Below are positions 1 to 8,426 of a stretch of DNA of 64,000 bases, in pieces. This DNA is from an uncultured Terracidiphilus sp. Its GTDB lineage: Bacteria > Acidobacteriota > Terriglobia > Terriglobales > Acidobacteriaceae. The DNA is taken from the NCBI GenBank assembly GCA_964420185.1, contig CAYQSI010000010.1:4456-68455 (forward strand), read 5' to 3'. How positions within the stretch are numbered: position 1 is the first letter of the stretch; the number at the start of each line of letters is the position of its first letter. The notes under the pieces are model-generated. The model saw nothing but the letters and a program-made list of their open reading frames with translations. It was not told the origin of the DNA and searched no databases. A program made the position numbers and the translations under genes.

Positions 1-147
1 TCCGATGCCGCCAGGGCGCGGGCTCAACTGCTGCTTTCGCTGGGGCCGATGACGATGGCCCACGCGCTGGCGCGGCTAGTGATGGCCGAGCAGGTGTACC
101 GGGCATTTACGATTTTGACTGGGCACCCCTATCACGGGGGGCATTGA
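1..147 (+). CDS. C-terminal fragment of an unidentified protein entering from the left edge
   Basis: Frame 1 is open from position 1 to TGA at 145-147 (..[23 protein letters not shown]). Codon usage is host-like. Family not recognised. Confidence 0.3.
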   Translation, partial: SDAARARAQLLLSLGPMTMAHALARLVMAEQVYRAFTILTGHPYHGGH

Positions 148-162
148 GGACTGAGGGCTGAG

Positions 163-699
163 ATGACCGATTCACGGCGAGGACTGATTCTGATCAACAC
201 CGGCGCAGGCAAGGGCAAGACCACTGCCGCACTGGGCACGGGGCTGCGCGCCGTGGGCAACGGGATGCGGGTGCTGATGATTCAGTTTCTCAAAGGCTCG
301 TGGCATTATGGTGAGCTGGACGCGGTGGAAGCCTTCGGACAGAACTTCGTGCTGAAACAGATGGGACGAGGGTTTGTGAAGGTGGGCGGCGCGGAGACCG
401 ATCCGGAGGACGTTCGGCTGGTGGAGGCCGCGTGGGCCGAGGCGCGCGAGGCCATCTACAGCGGCGAGTGGGATATGGTCATTCTGGACGAGATCAACTA
501 CGCCATCGGCTACGGGATGCTGGACGCGGCGGTGGTGGCAGAAGCGCTGCGTGGGCGGCCGGAGATGGTGCACGTAATTCTGACCGGGCGCAACGCCCAC
601 CCACTGCTGGTGGAAGTGGCCGATACGGTGACAGAAATGCGCGAGGTGAAGCACGCCTACCAGAAAGGGATTCTGGCGCAGCGCGGCATAGAATATTAG
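163..699 (+). CDS. cobO: cob(I)yrinic acid a,c-diamide adenosyltransferase (CobO/BtuR type)
   Basis: 178 aa. Has the P-loop 'NTGAGKGKTTAALG', 'MIQFLKG' and 'ILDEINYA' typical of the CobA/CobO/BtuR family. Confidence 0.85.
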   Translation: MTDSRRGLILINTGAGKGKTTAALGTGLRAVGNGMRVLMIQFLKGSWHYGELDAVEAFGQNFVLKQMGRGFVKVGGAETDPEDVRLVEAAWAEAREAIYSGEWDMVILDEINYAIGYGMLDAAVVAEALRGRPEMVHVILTGRNAHPLLVEVADTVTEMREVKHAYQKGILAQRGIEY

Positions 700-796
700 T
701 GAAGCAGCACACAGCGAAGAGCGGACAGCTTACAGTTTCCCCTAGCCCGCAAGAGCCGTTAACCGCCAACTGTCCGCTGTTTCAGAGAGAGGTCAA

Positions 797-1669
797 ATGT
801 CCTGGTTCAAGCGTGAAAGTGGCGAGTACGGTCCCAGCCCCAAGGGCAGCGCAGACGCGGCTGAGTCGCGGGTGCGCACTGAGGGCTTGTGGATCAAGTG
901 CGTGGGCTGCCGCGAGGTGATCTGGAAGGCCGATTTGCTGGCCAGCCTGAACGTGTGTCCCAAGTGCCAGCACCACTTCAGAATCGGAGCACGGCAGCGG
1001 ATTGATTTGCTGCTGGCACCGGGCTATGCACTGGTGGACGGCGGGCTGCGCTCGACCGATCCTCTGAACTTCAGTGATGTGAAGCGCTATAAGCAGCGGC
1101 TGCGGCAGGCGCAAGAGGCAACCGGCCTCAACGACGCGATTCTCAACGCAGTGGGCCAGCTTGGACCGCATCAAGTAGTGGTCAGCGCCATGGAGTATGG
1201 CTTCATCGGCGGGTCGATGGGCGCCGTGGTGGGCGAGACGATTGCCCGTGCCGTGGACCGCGCGCGGGTGGGCAGGATGCCGCTGATTGTGGTGGCCGCA
1301 TCCGGCGGTGCACGCATGATGGAGGGCGTGGTGAGCTTGATGCAAATGGCCAAAATCTCGACCGCGCTGGCGCAGTTGGACGACGCGAAGGTTCCTTACA
1401 TCTGCGTGCTCACCGACCCCACCACGGGCGGAGTTACCGCGAGCTTTGCCATGCTCGGCGACTTGAACATTGCCGAGCCGGGAGCGCTGATCGGCTTCGC
1501 CGGCCCGAGAGTTATCGAGCAGACAATTCGCCAGAAACTGCCCGAGGGCTTTCAACGCTCGGAGTTTCTGCTGGAAAAGGGATTTCTGGATGCGGTTGTG
1601 CCACGGCGGGAACTGAAGGGCTACCTTATTCGAGCGCTGGATTTTATGCGGGTTTCAGCGGTGGCGTAA
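797..1669 (+). CDS. accD: acetyl-CoA carboxylase carboxyltransferase beta subunit
   Basis: 290 aa. N-terminal Zn-ribbon 'CVGCREVIWKADLLASLNVCPKCQHHFR' followed by a carboxyltransferase core. Confidence 0.92.
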   Translation: MSWFKRESGEYGPSPKGSADAAESRVRTEGLWIKCVGCREVIWKADLLASLNVCPKCQHHFRIGARQRIDLLLAPGYALVDGGLRSTDPLNFSDVKRYKQRLRQAQEATGLNDAILNAVGQLGPHQVVVSAMEYGFIGGSMGAVVGETIARAVDRARVGRMPLIVVAASGGARMMEGVVSLMQMAKISTALAQLDDAKVPYICVLTDPTTGGVTASFAMLGDLNIAEPGALIGFAGPRVIEQTIRQKLPEGFQRSEFLLEKGFLDAVVPRRELKGYLIRALDFMRVSAVA

Positions 1670-1700
1670 GGTGCCTCTTTATAGCTCTATTTGCATGCAT

Positions 1701-1884
1701 TTTAGAGGGGTAGGAGCGGTTCTGGATATTTATTTGAATGTAGCAAGTTAGCCCGCTTCGCGGGGATAGCAAGTTAGCTAGTTAGCGGGATTGACGCTAC
1801 GAACCACGTCTCTGACTGGATGGTCTTGTGCTATTCAGTCTGTGGTTTCCCCGGTCTCAAAATCGAGACCGGGGGCACCCAGCC
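1701..1884 (+). repeat. Composite direct repeat of about 185 bp, copy 1 (GTTAGC hairpin element + left part of family-B MITE)
   Basis: Nearly identical to 2014-2196 by eye: 'gttctggatatttatttgaat.tagcaagttagcccgct.cgcggggatagcaagttagctagttagcgggattgacgctacga..cacgtctctga.tggatggtcttgtgctattcagtctgtggtttccccggtctcaaaatcgagaccgggggcaccc'. Confidence 0.9.
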
Positions 1885-1923
1885 ATCTTATAAATCCGAT
1901 TCTGCCCATGCAAGACGTCCCTC

Positions 1924-1990
1924 TGGGGCTAAAGCCCTCGAATCGATTGGGCGTTTTGCGGCACGGCTAAAGCCGAGCCCTTTCAAAACC
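1924..1990. repeat. Family-C mini-hairpin repeats (stem-CTRAAG-stem)
   Basis: Contains 'ggggctaaagccc' and 'gcacggctaaagccgagccctttcaaaacc'. The same words recur at 7360-7612, 15735-15790, 15895-15945 and 27185-27320. Confidence 0.75.
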
Positions 1991-2013
1991 TATTCATGAG
2001 ATAGGTTCTAGAA

Positions 2014-2196
2014 TTTTAGTGGAGCGGCGGGGTTCTGGATATTTATTTGAATTTAGCAAGTTAGCCCGCTACGCGGGGATAGCAAGTTAGCTAGTTAGCG
2101 GGATTGACGCTACGATTCACGTCTCTGAGTGGATGGTCTTGTGCTATTCAGTCTGTGGTTTCCCCGGTCTCAAAATCGAGACCGGGGGCACCCCGC
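2014..2196 (+). repeat. Composite direct repeat of about 185 bp, copy 2
   Basis: See copy 1 (1701-1884). Confidence 0.9.
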
Positions 2197-2216
2197 CTGC
2201 TCGCTGAATCCTACCT

Positions 2217-3389
2217 TCAGATGCGCATGGGCATGAGGACGTAGCGGTACTTGTACTCGGCGTCGGGGTCTTCGGGGCGCATCTGGCCGGCGGATTGCTG
2301 GTCCTTGAACTCGAGGCGGACTTCGCCGGCGTTGTCGAGGGCCTTGAGGAAGTCGAGGATGTAGGTGGAGTTGAAGCCCACGGTGATGGCTTCGCTCTGG
2401 TAGGGCGTGTCGATGGTGTCTTCGCTCTCGCCGGATTCAGAGGACTGGGCGCTGACCTTGAGCTCGTTGTCTTCAAGCTTCATGCGGATGGCGCCGGAGC
2501 GCTCGTCGGCGAACTGGGCGACGCGCTGGATGGCCGCGGAGAGCTCGCTGGAGCGGACGACGGCGAACTTGGTGTTGTCGCGCGGCATGACGGCTTCAAA
2601 GTTGGGGAACTGGCCGGAGAGCCTGCGCGTGCTGAGAGTGCGATGGCCGACACGGAAGAAGAGAGAGTGCTCGTCGTCAGCAAACTCGACCTTTTCGACG
2701 TCGGAGTTTGAGAGCAACTGTTGCAACTCCTGAAGAGCCTTGCGCGGAATGAGGACGCGCTTCTCGCCGCTGATGCCTTCGAGAACCTCGTTGGGCTTTT
2801 CGACGTAAGCAAGGCGATGGCCGTCAGTGGCTACCATGGCCAGCGACTCGGCCTTGATGACCAGGAGGGCACCGTTGAGGGTGTAGCGCGTCTCTTCGTT
2901 GGAGATGGCGAAGATGGTGTGATTGATGAGCGTCCGGAGCGCAGCCGCGGAGATGGCGGTGGCGGCGACGGAGGGAAACTCGGGAACCTGCGGGTAGTTG
3001 GCGCGCGCCATGCCGACCATCTTGGTGTTGGAGCGGCCACTGCGGATCTGGACCCAGTGGTTCTCAAGCAATTTGATGGCGATGTCCCCTTCGGGGAGGA
3101 GTTTTATGTAGTCGTAGAGCTTACGCGCGGGAATGGTGCAGGCTCCGGGCTTTTTCACCTTGGCCGCGGCGCTGGTGCGGATGGCCTGGTCGAGGTCAGT
3201 GGCGGTGATGTTGAGGCGGTCGTCCTCAGCCTCGATGAGAAAGTTGGACAAAATCGGAATGGTGGTCTTGCGCTCGACGACGCTTTGCGTCGCGGTAAGC
3301 TCCTTGACCAAGTCCAAACGGCTTACGGTAATCTCCATCGCTGCCCCCGGCGCGGCCGGCTTCTCGACTTCAGTTTCCACGTTCGACAT
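2217..3389 (-). CDS. dnaN: DNA polymerase III beta sliding clamp
   Basis: 390 aa. 'ITVSRLDLVKELTATQSVVERKTTIPILSNFLIEAEDDRLNITATDLD' and the C-terminal '..YRYVLMPMRI' are classic DnaN features. Confidence 0.93.
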   Translation of the reverse strand: MSNVETEVEKPAAPGAAMEITVSRLDLVKELTATQSVVERKTTIPILSNFLIEAEDDRLNITATDLDQAIRTSAAAKVKKPGACTIPARKLYDYIKLLPEGDIAIKLLENHWVQIRSGRSNTKMVGMARANYPQVPEFPSVAATAISAAALRTLINHTIFAISNEETRYTLNGALLVIKAESLAMVATDGHRLAYVEKPNEVLEGISGEKRVLIPRKALQELQQLLSNSDVEKVEFADDEHSLFFRVGHRTLSTRRLSGQFPNFEAVMPRDNTKFAVVRSSELSAAIQRVAQFADERSGAIRMKLEDNELKVSAQSSESGESEDTIDTPYQSEAITVGFNSTYILDFLKALDNAGEVRLEFKDQQSAGQMRPEDPDAEYKYRYVLMPMRI

Positions 3390-4035
3390 GAACCCACCCT
3401 CGTTTTACGCCATGCGAAGAAAACCCAATGGAAGCAGATTCCGCGCTGGCCACACTTTACAACAAGTTGCGCCGCGAGCGGAAGCGCCTCTGTTTTCTTC
3501 TTCTTGATTGTATTCACCCGCAGGGTTTCTGTGTGGGTGGAAAACAGGGTGGTTGTCTGGATTCCAGGGGAGTTCGCGCGATGAGCGGAAAGTGTGGGCA
3601 GGCGAAGTGAACGGGAGAGGCGATGGCGGGATTGCGATTTGAGGAGAGCGAAGCGACGGGTAGTGGGAAATGCAGTAAAGATTAAGAAAAAAGACAGTAG
3701 TACCCGTAGTTGCCGGAGGAAAAGTGGAAAGAAGGGTGAAATGGTTTGGGGTGAAGAGGTTGCGTTGGGGGTGAGTTTTCCAAAACAGGGCTGTGCAAAT
3801 GAGCGAATTTGGAAAACAAGGCTTTGAGTGGGGTGAAGCGTACTGAGTTTCCCACGACTCGCACAGGGAAACGAAATACGGCTGTGCAAAGAGCACGATT
3901 TGTGTGAAAAGCGCGTCCGCGAGCGCGTGGGATAAGGGGTTCGAAGGGACGGGCTATACACAGAGGACGGGTCTTCCACAACTTCCACAAAGGACAGGCG
4001 GAGATGTGCGAATCAAGGGAAGATTTAGCAATAGG

Positions 4036-4137
4036 TCTCTGACCAGATGGTTTCATACCATTCAATCCGTTGTTTCCCCGGTCTCAAAATCGAGACCGGA
4101 GGCACCCAGCATTGGTACAACTTCACGCGGTCAGAGA
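4036..4137. mobile_element. Family-B MITE, full copy (about 102 bp)
   Basis: Terminal inverted repeats 'tctctgacc'...'ggtcagaga' flank the core 'gtttccccggtctcaaaatcgagaccggaggcaccc'. Near-identical copies lie at 15788-15884, 15947-16046 and 16680-16781. Confidence 0.8.
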
Positions 4138-4241
4138 AGTAGAGAGAAGGCGAGAGGATTCCCGGCTTTGGTTTGTGGCGATTCAAAGTTCCCATTTGGT
4201 TCTCGGGCGCAGGAGAAAGATCTGGTTTATATCGGGCTTGA

Positions 4242-5096
4242 ATGCGGGAGGGCCCTAGAGTTGACCTGGGAGGGTTTGAGGGAATGGGGATCGATATGGG
4301 GCGCCTGGAGGACGAACTGCTACAAATGTCGGCGGAAGAAACGCCAGGGCGCGAGTTTTGCGAGGCCATCTCCGAACTGGCGCGGACGGGGCGATTTGCG
4401 CAGTTGCGCGAGGTGCTGCCCGGCATTGTGTACGACGAACTGTGGGCGCGGTATGAGCGGGATGCGGCGGCTTTTGTGGCGGAGTGGAGGCTTTTGGCGC
4501 AGGAGATGCGGCAGGGGTTTATCCAGCACGCGCGGCAGCGACTAACGATGCTTACGCGGCTTCAGCCGGCGGGTTATGACGAGGCAACGCCAGCATGGCA
4601 AGAGATTCAGCGCGCCCTGGACGGGCAGCAGAACGATTTACTGCGCACGGCGTTTGCGTTGGAGTTGCTGGAGTTGGTGGAACCGGCTGTGTTGCGAGCG
4701 ACCCAACTGCGCGAGTGTGTGGTGGCGGCGCCGAGTTCAGAGGAGGCGGACCGATATTTGGACGAAGCGACCCGCTGCTATTTCTTTGGTTTGTTTACGG
4801 CCTGCGCGGTGATGTGCCGCTCGGTTCTGGAGGAAGCCATCAAGCAAAAGCTTCCCGCGGGGCTCACGGGGCAGATCCGTACGCGCTATCGGAATACGGC
4901 TACCCTGGGCAACCTGTTGCACGAGGTGAACAATAATCTGCAAATGACGGGATTCGACGCCGAGTTTCCAAGAGTGGCCAACCTGGTGAACGATACAGGC
5001 CGGAAGGCTGTGCATCAGGGACTACTGTCAGAGGACGAGGCTCGCAACTGCCTGCAAAACGCGCGCGAGGCGCTGCAACTGCTGCTGCGCAACTAG
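4242..5096 (+). CDS. Hypothetical protein with a DUF4145-like C-terminal domain
   Basis: 284-aa ORF; the start is uncertain, with in-frame ATGs within the first 20 codons. The C-terminus 'CYFFGLFTACAVMCRSVLEEAIK...LGNLLHEV...VNDTGRKAVHQGLLSEDEA' matches my memory of the DUF4145 helical pattern. Confidence 0.5.
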   Translation: MREGPRVDLGGFEGMGIDMGRLEDELLQMSAEETPGREFCEAISELARTGRFAQLREVLPGIVYDELWARYERDAAAFVAEWRLLAQEMRQGFIQHARQRLTMLTRLQPAGYDEATPAWQEIQRALDGQQNDLLRTAFALELLELVEPAVLRATQLRECVVAAPSSEEADRYLDEATRCYFFGLFTACAVMCRSVLEEAIKQKLPAGLTGQIRTRYRNTATLGNLLHEVNNNLQMTGFDAEFPRVANLVNDTGRKAVHQGLLSEDEARNCLQNAREALQLLLRN

Positions 5097-5183
5097 AGCC
5101 TTTTTAATGTCTCTGTAATGCCAGAGTGTGGTATCCCACCCTTGCCGCAAGAACAAATACGCGGCAAGGATGGGGCACCCAGG
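5096..5183. mobile_element. Family-A MITE, right-truncated copy
   Basis: 'gagcctttttaatgtctctgtaatgccagagtgtggtatcccacccttgccgcaagaacaaatacgcggcaaggatggggcacccagg' matches the left end and core of the full copies at 41385, 42621 and 49278. Confidence 0.8.
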
Positions 5184-5243
5184 CTGCGCGCAATTGAGGC
5201 TGTTCAGCGCCGCTTGAGATGCGGCTCTTATACTTATCTTTCC

Positions 5244-6569
5244 ATGTCCTACACGGCAGCCATCGATGAATTAAATGCCATGGGTCCGGAGCTGTATACG
5301 CGGCCCGGTCATGCGCGACGAAAATTCTCACTCGACGAGGTTCGCATTTTGCTGGCGGCGCTCGGCGATCCGCAGCATCGCGTTCGCTCGCTGCTGATTG
5401 CAGGGACCAACGGCAAGGGCTCGACCGCATGCACGCTGGCCTCGATTCTGAGCGCCTCCGGGGTGCGCACCGGCCTTTACACTTCGCCGCACCTGGAGCG
5501 GGTGAATGAGCGCATCCGCATTGATATGGCGGAGATTGCCGACGAGGCTTTTGCCAGGCTCTACTTTCATGTCCGTGATGTTGCACAGAAACTGGTGCAA
5601 TGTGGGCAGCTTCCGCAACTTCCCAGCTTTTTTGAGATTCTGACCGCGCAGGCGCTGGTCTACTTTGCCGAAGAAAAAGTGGAGATGGCGGTACTTGAAG
5701 TGGGGATGGGCGGGCGGTTGGACGCGACCAACGTCGTGGATCCGCTCGTTTCAGTGATTACCGACATCTCGCTGGACCACACGGAATGGCTGGGCTCGAC
5801 GCTTGCCGCGATTACGCGGGAGAAGGCTGGGATTCTGCGCCGGGGCGGGGCGCTGATTGCACTGCCGCAGGAAGCAGAGGTTGACCAGACGTTGAGTGAG
5901 GCCACGGCCGCGCTCGACGTACGCAGAGTGAATGCGGAGGCCTATATGCCGGTGATTGGCGAGGGCACGGCCGCTTGCTACTCTGTGGTGGCGCTGGGTG
6001 CGGCGGTTGAAGTCGCTTCCCCGCTGACGGGCGCCCATCAGCACCGGAACGTGGCGCTGGCCATTGCCGCGGCCGTGGAATTGGCTTCGGCGCACGGCTT
6101 TCCCATTACTCCGGCGTCCATCGCCGAGGGGATTCGACAGACGCGCTGGCCGGGGCGGTTGGAACGCTTTGAGACGGGCGGAGTGGAATGGATTCTGGAC
6201 GTGGCACACAACGCGGCGGGCGCCGCGGCGCTGCGCGCCGGACTGAGCGGCCTGGAGGCGAAGAAGCCGAGGACGCTGATTTTCAGTTGTCTGCGCGACA
6301 AGCCAGTGGCGGAGATGGCGCAGATTCTTTTTCCGCTGTTTGAGCAGGTGATTTTAGCGCCCATCCACTCAGCTCGCGCCACCGCGATGGAGGAGATGGA
6401 GGCTGCGGCGCGGGCAACGGGATGTTCGGCTGCGAGTGCCGGGTCGGTCGAAGAGGCTCTGCAATGGGCCAGGGAGAGCGGGCAGGGCGGGGTGGTGGTG
6501 GTCTCCGGGTCGGTTTACCTGGTGGGCGCGGCACGGTCGCTGCTTCTAGGTAGGGGGATCAAATGGTGA
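5244..6569 (+). CDS. folC: bifunctional folylpolyglutamate synthase / dihydrofolate synthase
   Basis: The ORF 5118-6569 is trimmed to 'MSYTAAIDEL..' because the upstream part is the MITE. Has the Mur-ligase P-loop 'IAGTNGKGST' and 'SPHLERVNERI'. Confidence 0.9.
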   Translation: MSYTAAIDELNAMGPELYTRPGHARRKFSLDEVRILLAALGDPQHRVRSLLIAGTNGKGSTACTLASILSASGVRTGLYTSPHLERVNERIRIDMAEIADEAFARLYFHVRDVAQKLVQCGQLPQLPSFFEILTAQALVYFAEEKVEMAVLEVGMGGRLDATNVVDPLVSVITDISLDHTEWLGSTLAAITREKAGILRRGGALIALPQEAEVDQTLSEATAALDVRRVNAEAYMPVIGEGTAACYSVVALGAAVEVASPLTGAHQHRNVALAIAAAVELASAHGFPITPASIAEGIRQTRWPGRLERFETGGVEWILDVAHNAAGAAALRAGLSGLEAKKPRTLIFSCLRDKPVAEMAQILFPLFEQVILAPIHSARATAMEEMEAAARATGCSAASAGSVEEALQWARESGQGGVVVVSGSVYLVGAARSLLLGRGIKW

Positions 6570-7321
6570 GACGGCGTCCCAATCCTTTGCCCAGGATTTA
6601 CCGCTGGCGCACAAACCTTATTCAGACGCCGCTTTTCGGGCTGATTACGGCGTTGTTCGGCAGCCTTTCGCTGCTGGTTTCGCTGGTGGACAAGAAGGGC
6701 AACGCGCAGCACAGGATCGCCCGGATCTGGGCGCGGGCCTGCATATGGGATTCCGGATCGAAGCTGACCGTGACGGGGGCGGAGAAGCTGCAGAAGCAGC
6801 GGGTGGCAGTTTATGCGTCGAATCACACCTCGTACATGGATATACCGGTGGTTTTTTCGTCGCTGCCCTTTCAGTTTCGCATTTTCGCGAAGAAGGAATT
6901 GTGGTCTACTCCGTTCATAGGATGGTACTTAAATCGTTCAGGGCAGATGCCGATCGATACGGTGAATCCACGCGCCACGCTCTCCAGCCTGGGGGCGGGG
7001 GCGAAGGCGCTGCGCTCCGGCATGCCGCTGTTTGTTTTTCCTGAGGGCGGCCGGACCTCGGATGGCGAGTTGCGGCCTTTCCTTTCAGGCGCGGCTTACC
7101 TGGCCATTCGCACTCAGGTTCCGCTGGTGCCGATTGCGCTGGGCGGGGTGTACGATTTGCTGCCGATTCATACCCACCACTTTTACCCCGGTGAGCTGAC
7201 GCTGAAGATCGGCGAGCCGATTGAGACCGCCGGGATGAACCTGCGGCAGACCGATGAACTGACGGCGCGACTGAAGGCGGCCATCGAGAGCCTGCGCGGC
7301 GATGGGATCAAGCGCGGCTAA
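6563..7321 (+). CDS. plsC: 1-acyl-sn-glycerol-3-phosphate acyltransferase
   Basis: 252 aa. Has 'YASNHTSYMDIP' (HX4D block) and 'FPEGGRTSDG'. The start overlaps the folC stop (ATGGTGA). Confidence 0.85.
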   Translation: MVRRRPNPLPRIYRWRTNLIQTPLFGLITALFGSLSLLVSLVDKKGNAQHRIARIWARACIWDSGSKLTVTGAEKLQKQRVAVYASNHTSYMDIPVVFSSLPFQFRIFAKKELWSTPFIGWYLNRSGQMPIDTVNPRATLSSLGAGAKALRSGMPLFVFPEGGRTSDGELRPFLSGAAYLAIRTQVPLVPIALGGVYDLLPIHTHHFYPGELTLKIGEPIETAGMNLRQTDELTARLKAAIESLRGDGIKRG

Positions 7322-7359
7322 CAGCCTGTAGTGAAAGTCGATACAGCCGAAGAACTTCC

Positions 7360-7612
7360 CTAAGGGGCTAAACAGGCTGCGGACAAACTCCAGATTTGGG
7401 CGAAATTGGCGGAAAGTGTTTTTCTGTGGCTAAAGCCAGCGTTGATTCTATTGGCTTTATGCGGGGGTTGAAACCCCCGCCTCCCTCCGGAATGAGTTTT
7501 TCCGCAGCCTGTTAAAGCCCATCGTTTTTTATCAACCCTTACGGCACGGCTGAAGCCGTGCCCTTTCAATACCCGACTTTCACCATAGGCGGCTAAAGCC
7601 GTAGGCACGGGG
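7360..7612. repeat. Cluster of family-C mini-hairpins
   Basis: Contains 'ggggctaaac', 'tggctaaagcca', 'gggggttgaaaccccc', 'cggcacggctgaagccgtgccctttcaa' and 'ggcggctaaagccgtaggc'. Confidence 0.75.
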
Positions 7613-7676
7613 GTTTGACTCGGCGGTTGAAGCTCCCTATCGCTGGTGGTGCTGGAGAACGTACACTGTTGCTGCC

Positions 7677-8426
7677 ATGGGCGTCCACGTCGCAATTGCC
7701 GAGCTCACCGGCGTCGATCCGGCTTACAACGGGCGGTCGTTGCCAGCGTATCTTGCCGCACTCCGTTCAGCGGGGGCGACGCCGATCATTATTCCAGTGC
7801 ACGAACGCCAGGACCGGGTAGCTCGAATGCTTGCGGGCGTACAGGGAATTTTGTTGCCCGGCAGTAAGTTCGACGTAGACCCGCAAAGATATGGCGAAGA
7901 TTCGGTTCCAGGGTGCGGAGAAGCGGACGTTGCCCGCGCCGCAGTCGACGAGCTGCTGCTTCAGGACGCCTTCAGCCTCCATAAGCCCATCCTGGCGATC
8001 TGCTACGGGGTCCAGGCTCTGAACGTCTGGCTCAACGGGTCGCTGGTGCAGGATTTGAAGACGGGCGTCGATCACCGGGGCGGCGGGAATGTGGCAGAAG
8101 CCCACACGGTGCGGATTGCGCCAGGATCGCGGCTGGCCGGCTTGGTTCCTCGGGGATCCGCGGTTGAACCTCAGGTGAACTCCAGCCACCACCAGGCGAT
8201 TCGTGTTTCGGGCGACGGTCTGCTGGTGAGCGCAGTTTCCCCGGCCGATGGGGTGGTGGAAGCGGTCGAACTGGACTCGCGCGAGCACTTTGTTCTGGGG
8301 GTGCAGTGGCATCCCGAGCGGAACTACACCGAGAGCGCCTTTTCCCGGGCCATCTTTGCGGCGTTTGTGCAGGCGACTGCGGAGTGGGAGCCGCGGCGGA
8401 CTGAAGAGACGGTGGCGCCAGCATGA
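7677..8426 (+). CDS. class I glutamine amidotransferase, gamma-glutamyl-GABA hydrolase / peptidase C26 family
   Basis: 249 aa. Nucleophile block 'ILAICYGVQALN', plus 'NSSHHQAI' and 'GVQWHPE'. Confidence 0.8.
   Translation: MGVHVAIAELTGVDPAYNGRSLPAYLAALRSAGATPIIIPVHERQDRVARMLAGVQGILLPGSKFDVDPQRYGEDSVPGCGEADVARAAVDELLLQDAFSLHKPILAICYGVQALNVWLNGSLVQDLKTGVDHRGGGNVAEAHTVRIAPGSRLAGLVPRGSAVEPQVNSSHHQAIRVSGDGLLVSAVSPADGVVEAVELDSREHFVLGVQWHPERNYTESAFSRAIFAAFVQATAEWEPRRTEETVAPA

Noticed and set aside
782-1555. Long antisense ORFs overlapping confidently assigned genes. Examples: 782..1555(-), 2721..3584(+), 9313..10095(-), 16756..17937(+), 18827..20038(+), 36545..37264(-), 42511..43659(-), 45524..46363(+), 58674..59699(+), 62094..62861(-), 62695..63609(-) and 63051..63878(-).
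   Set aside because: These are typical high-GC shadow frames. Their translations are rich in Arg, Pro, Ala and Gly and have no recognisable motifs, while the opposite or alternative frame carries textbook family signatures.
1742-2103. Whether the GTTAGC arrays or the 185-bp and 217-bp direct repeats could be CRISPR arrays.
   Set aside because: The period is 8 nt with no unique spacers. The longer repeats occur only twice and are separated by other repeats. No cas genes are in the window.
5118-5243. N-terminal extensions of six-frame ORFs for folC (5118), parA (11019), msrB (15064), ridA (14579), DUF1761 (14143), MerR (16705), lrgB (60378), portal (40048) and paralog 3 (24561).
   Set aside because: The extensions cover MITEs, parS/DnaA-like sites or a terminator. 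Conserved family N-termini with a ribosome-binding site start further downstream.
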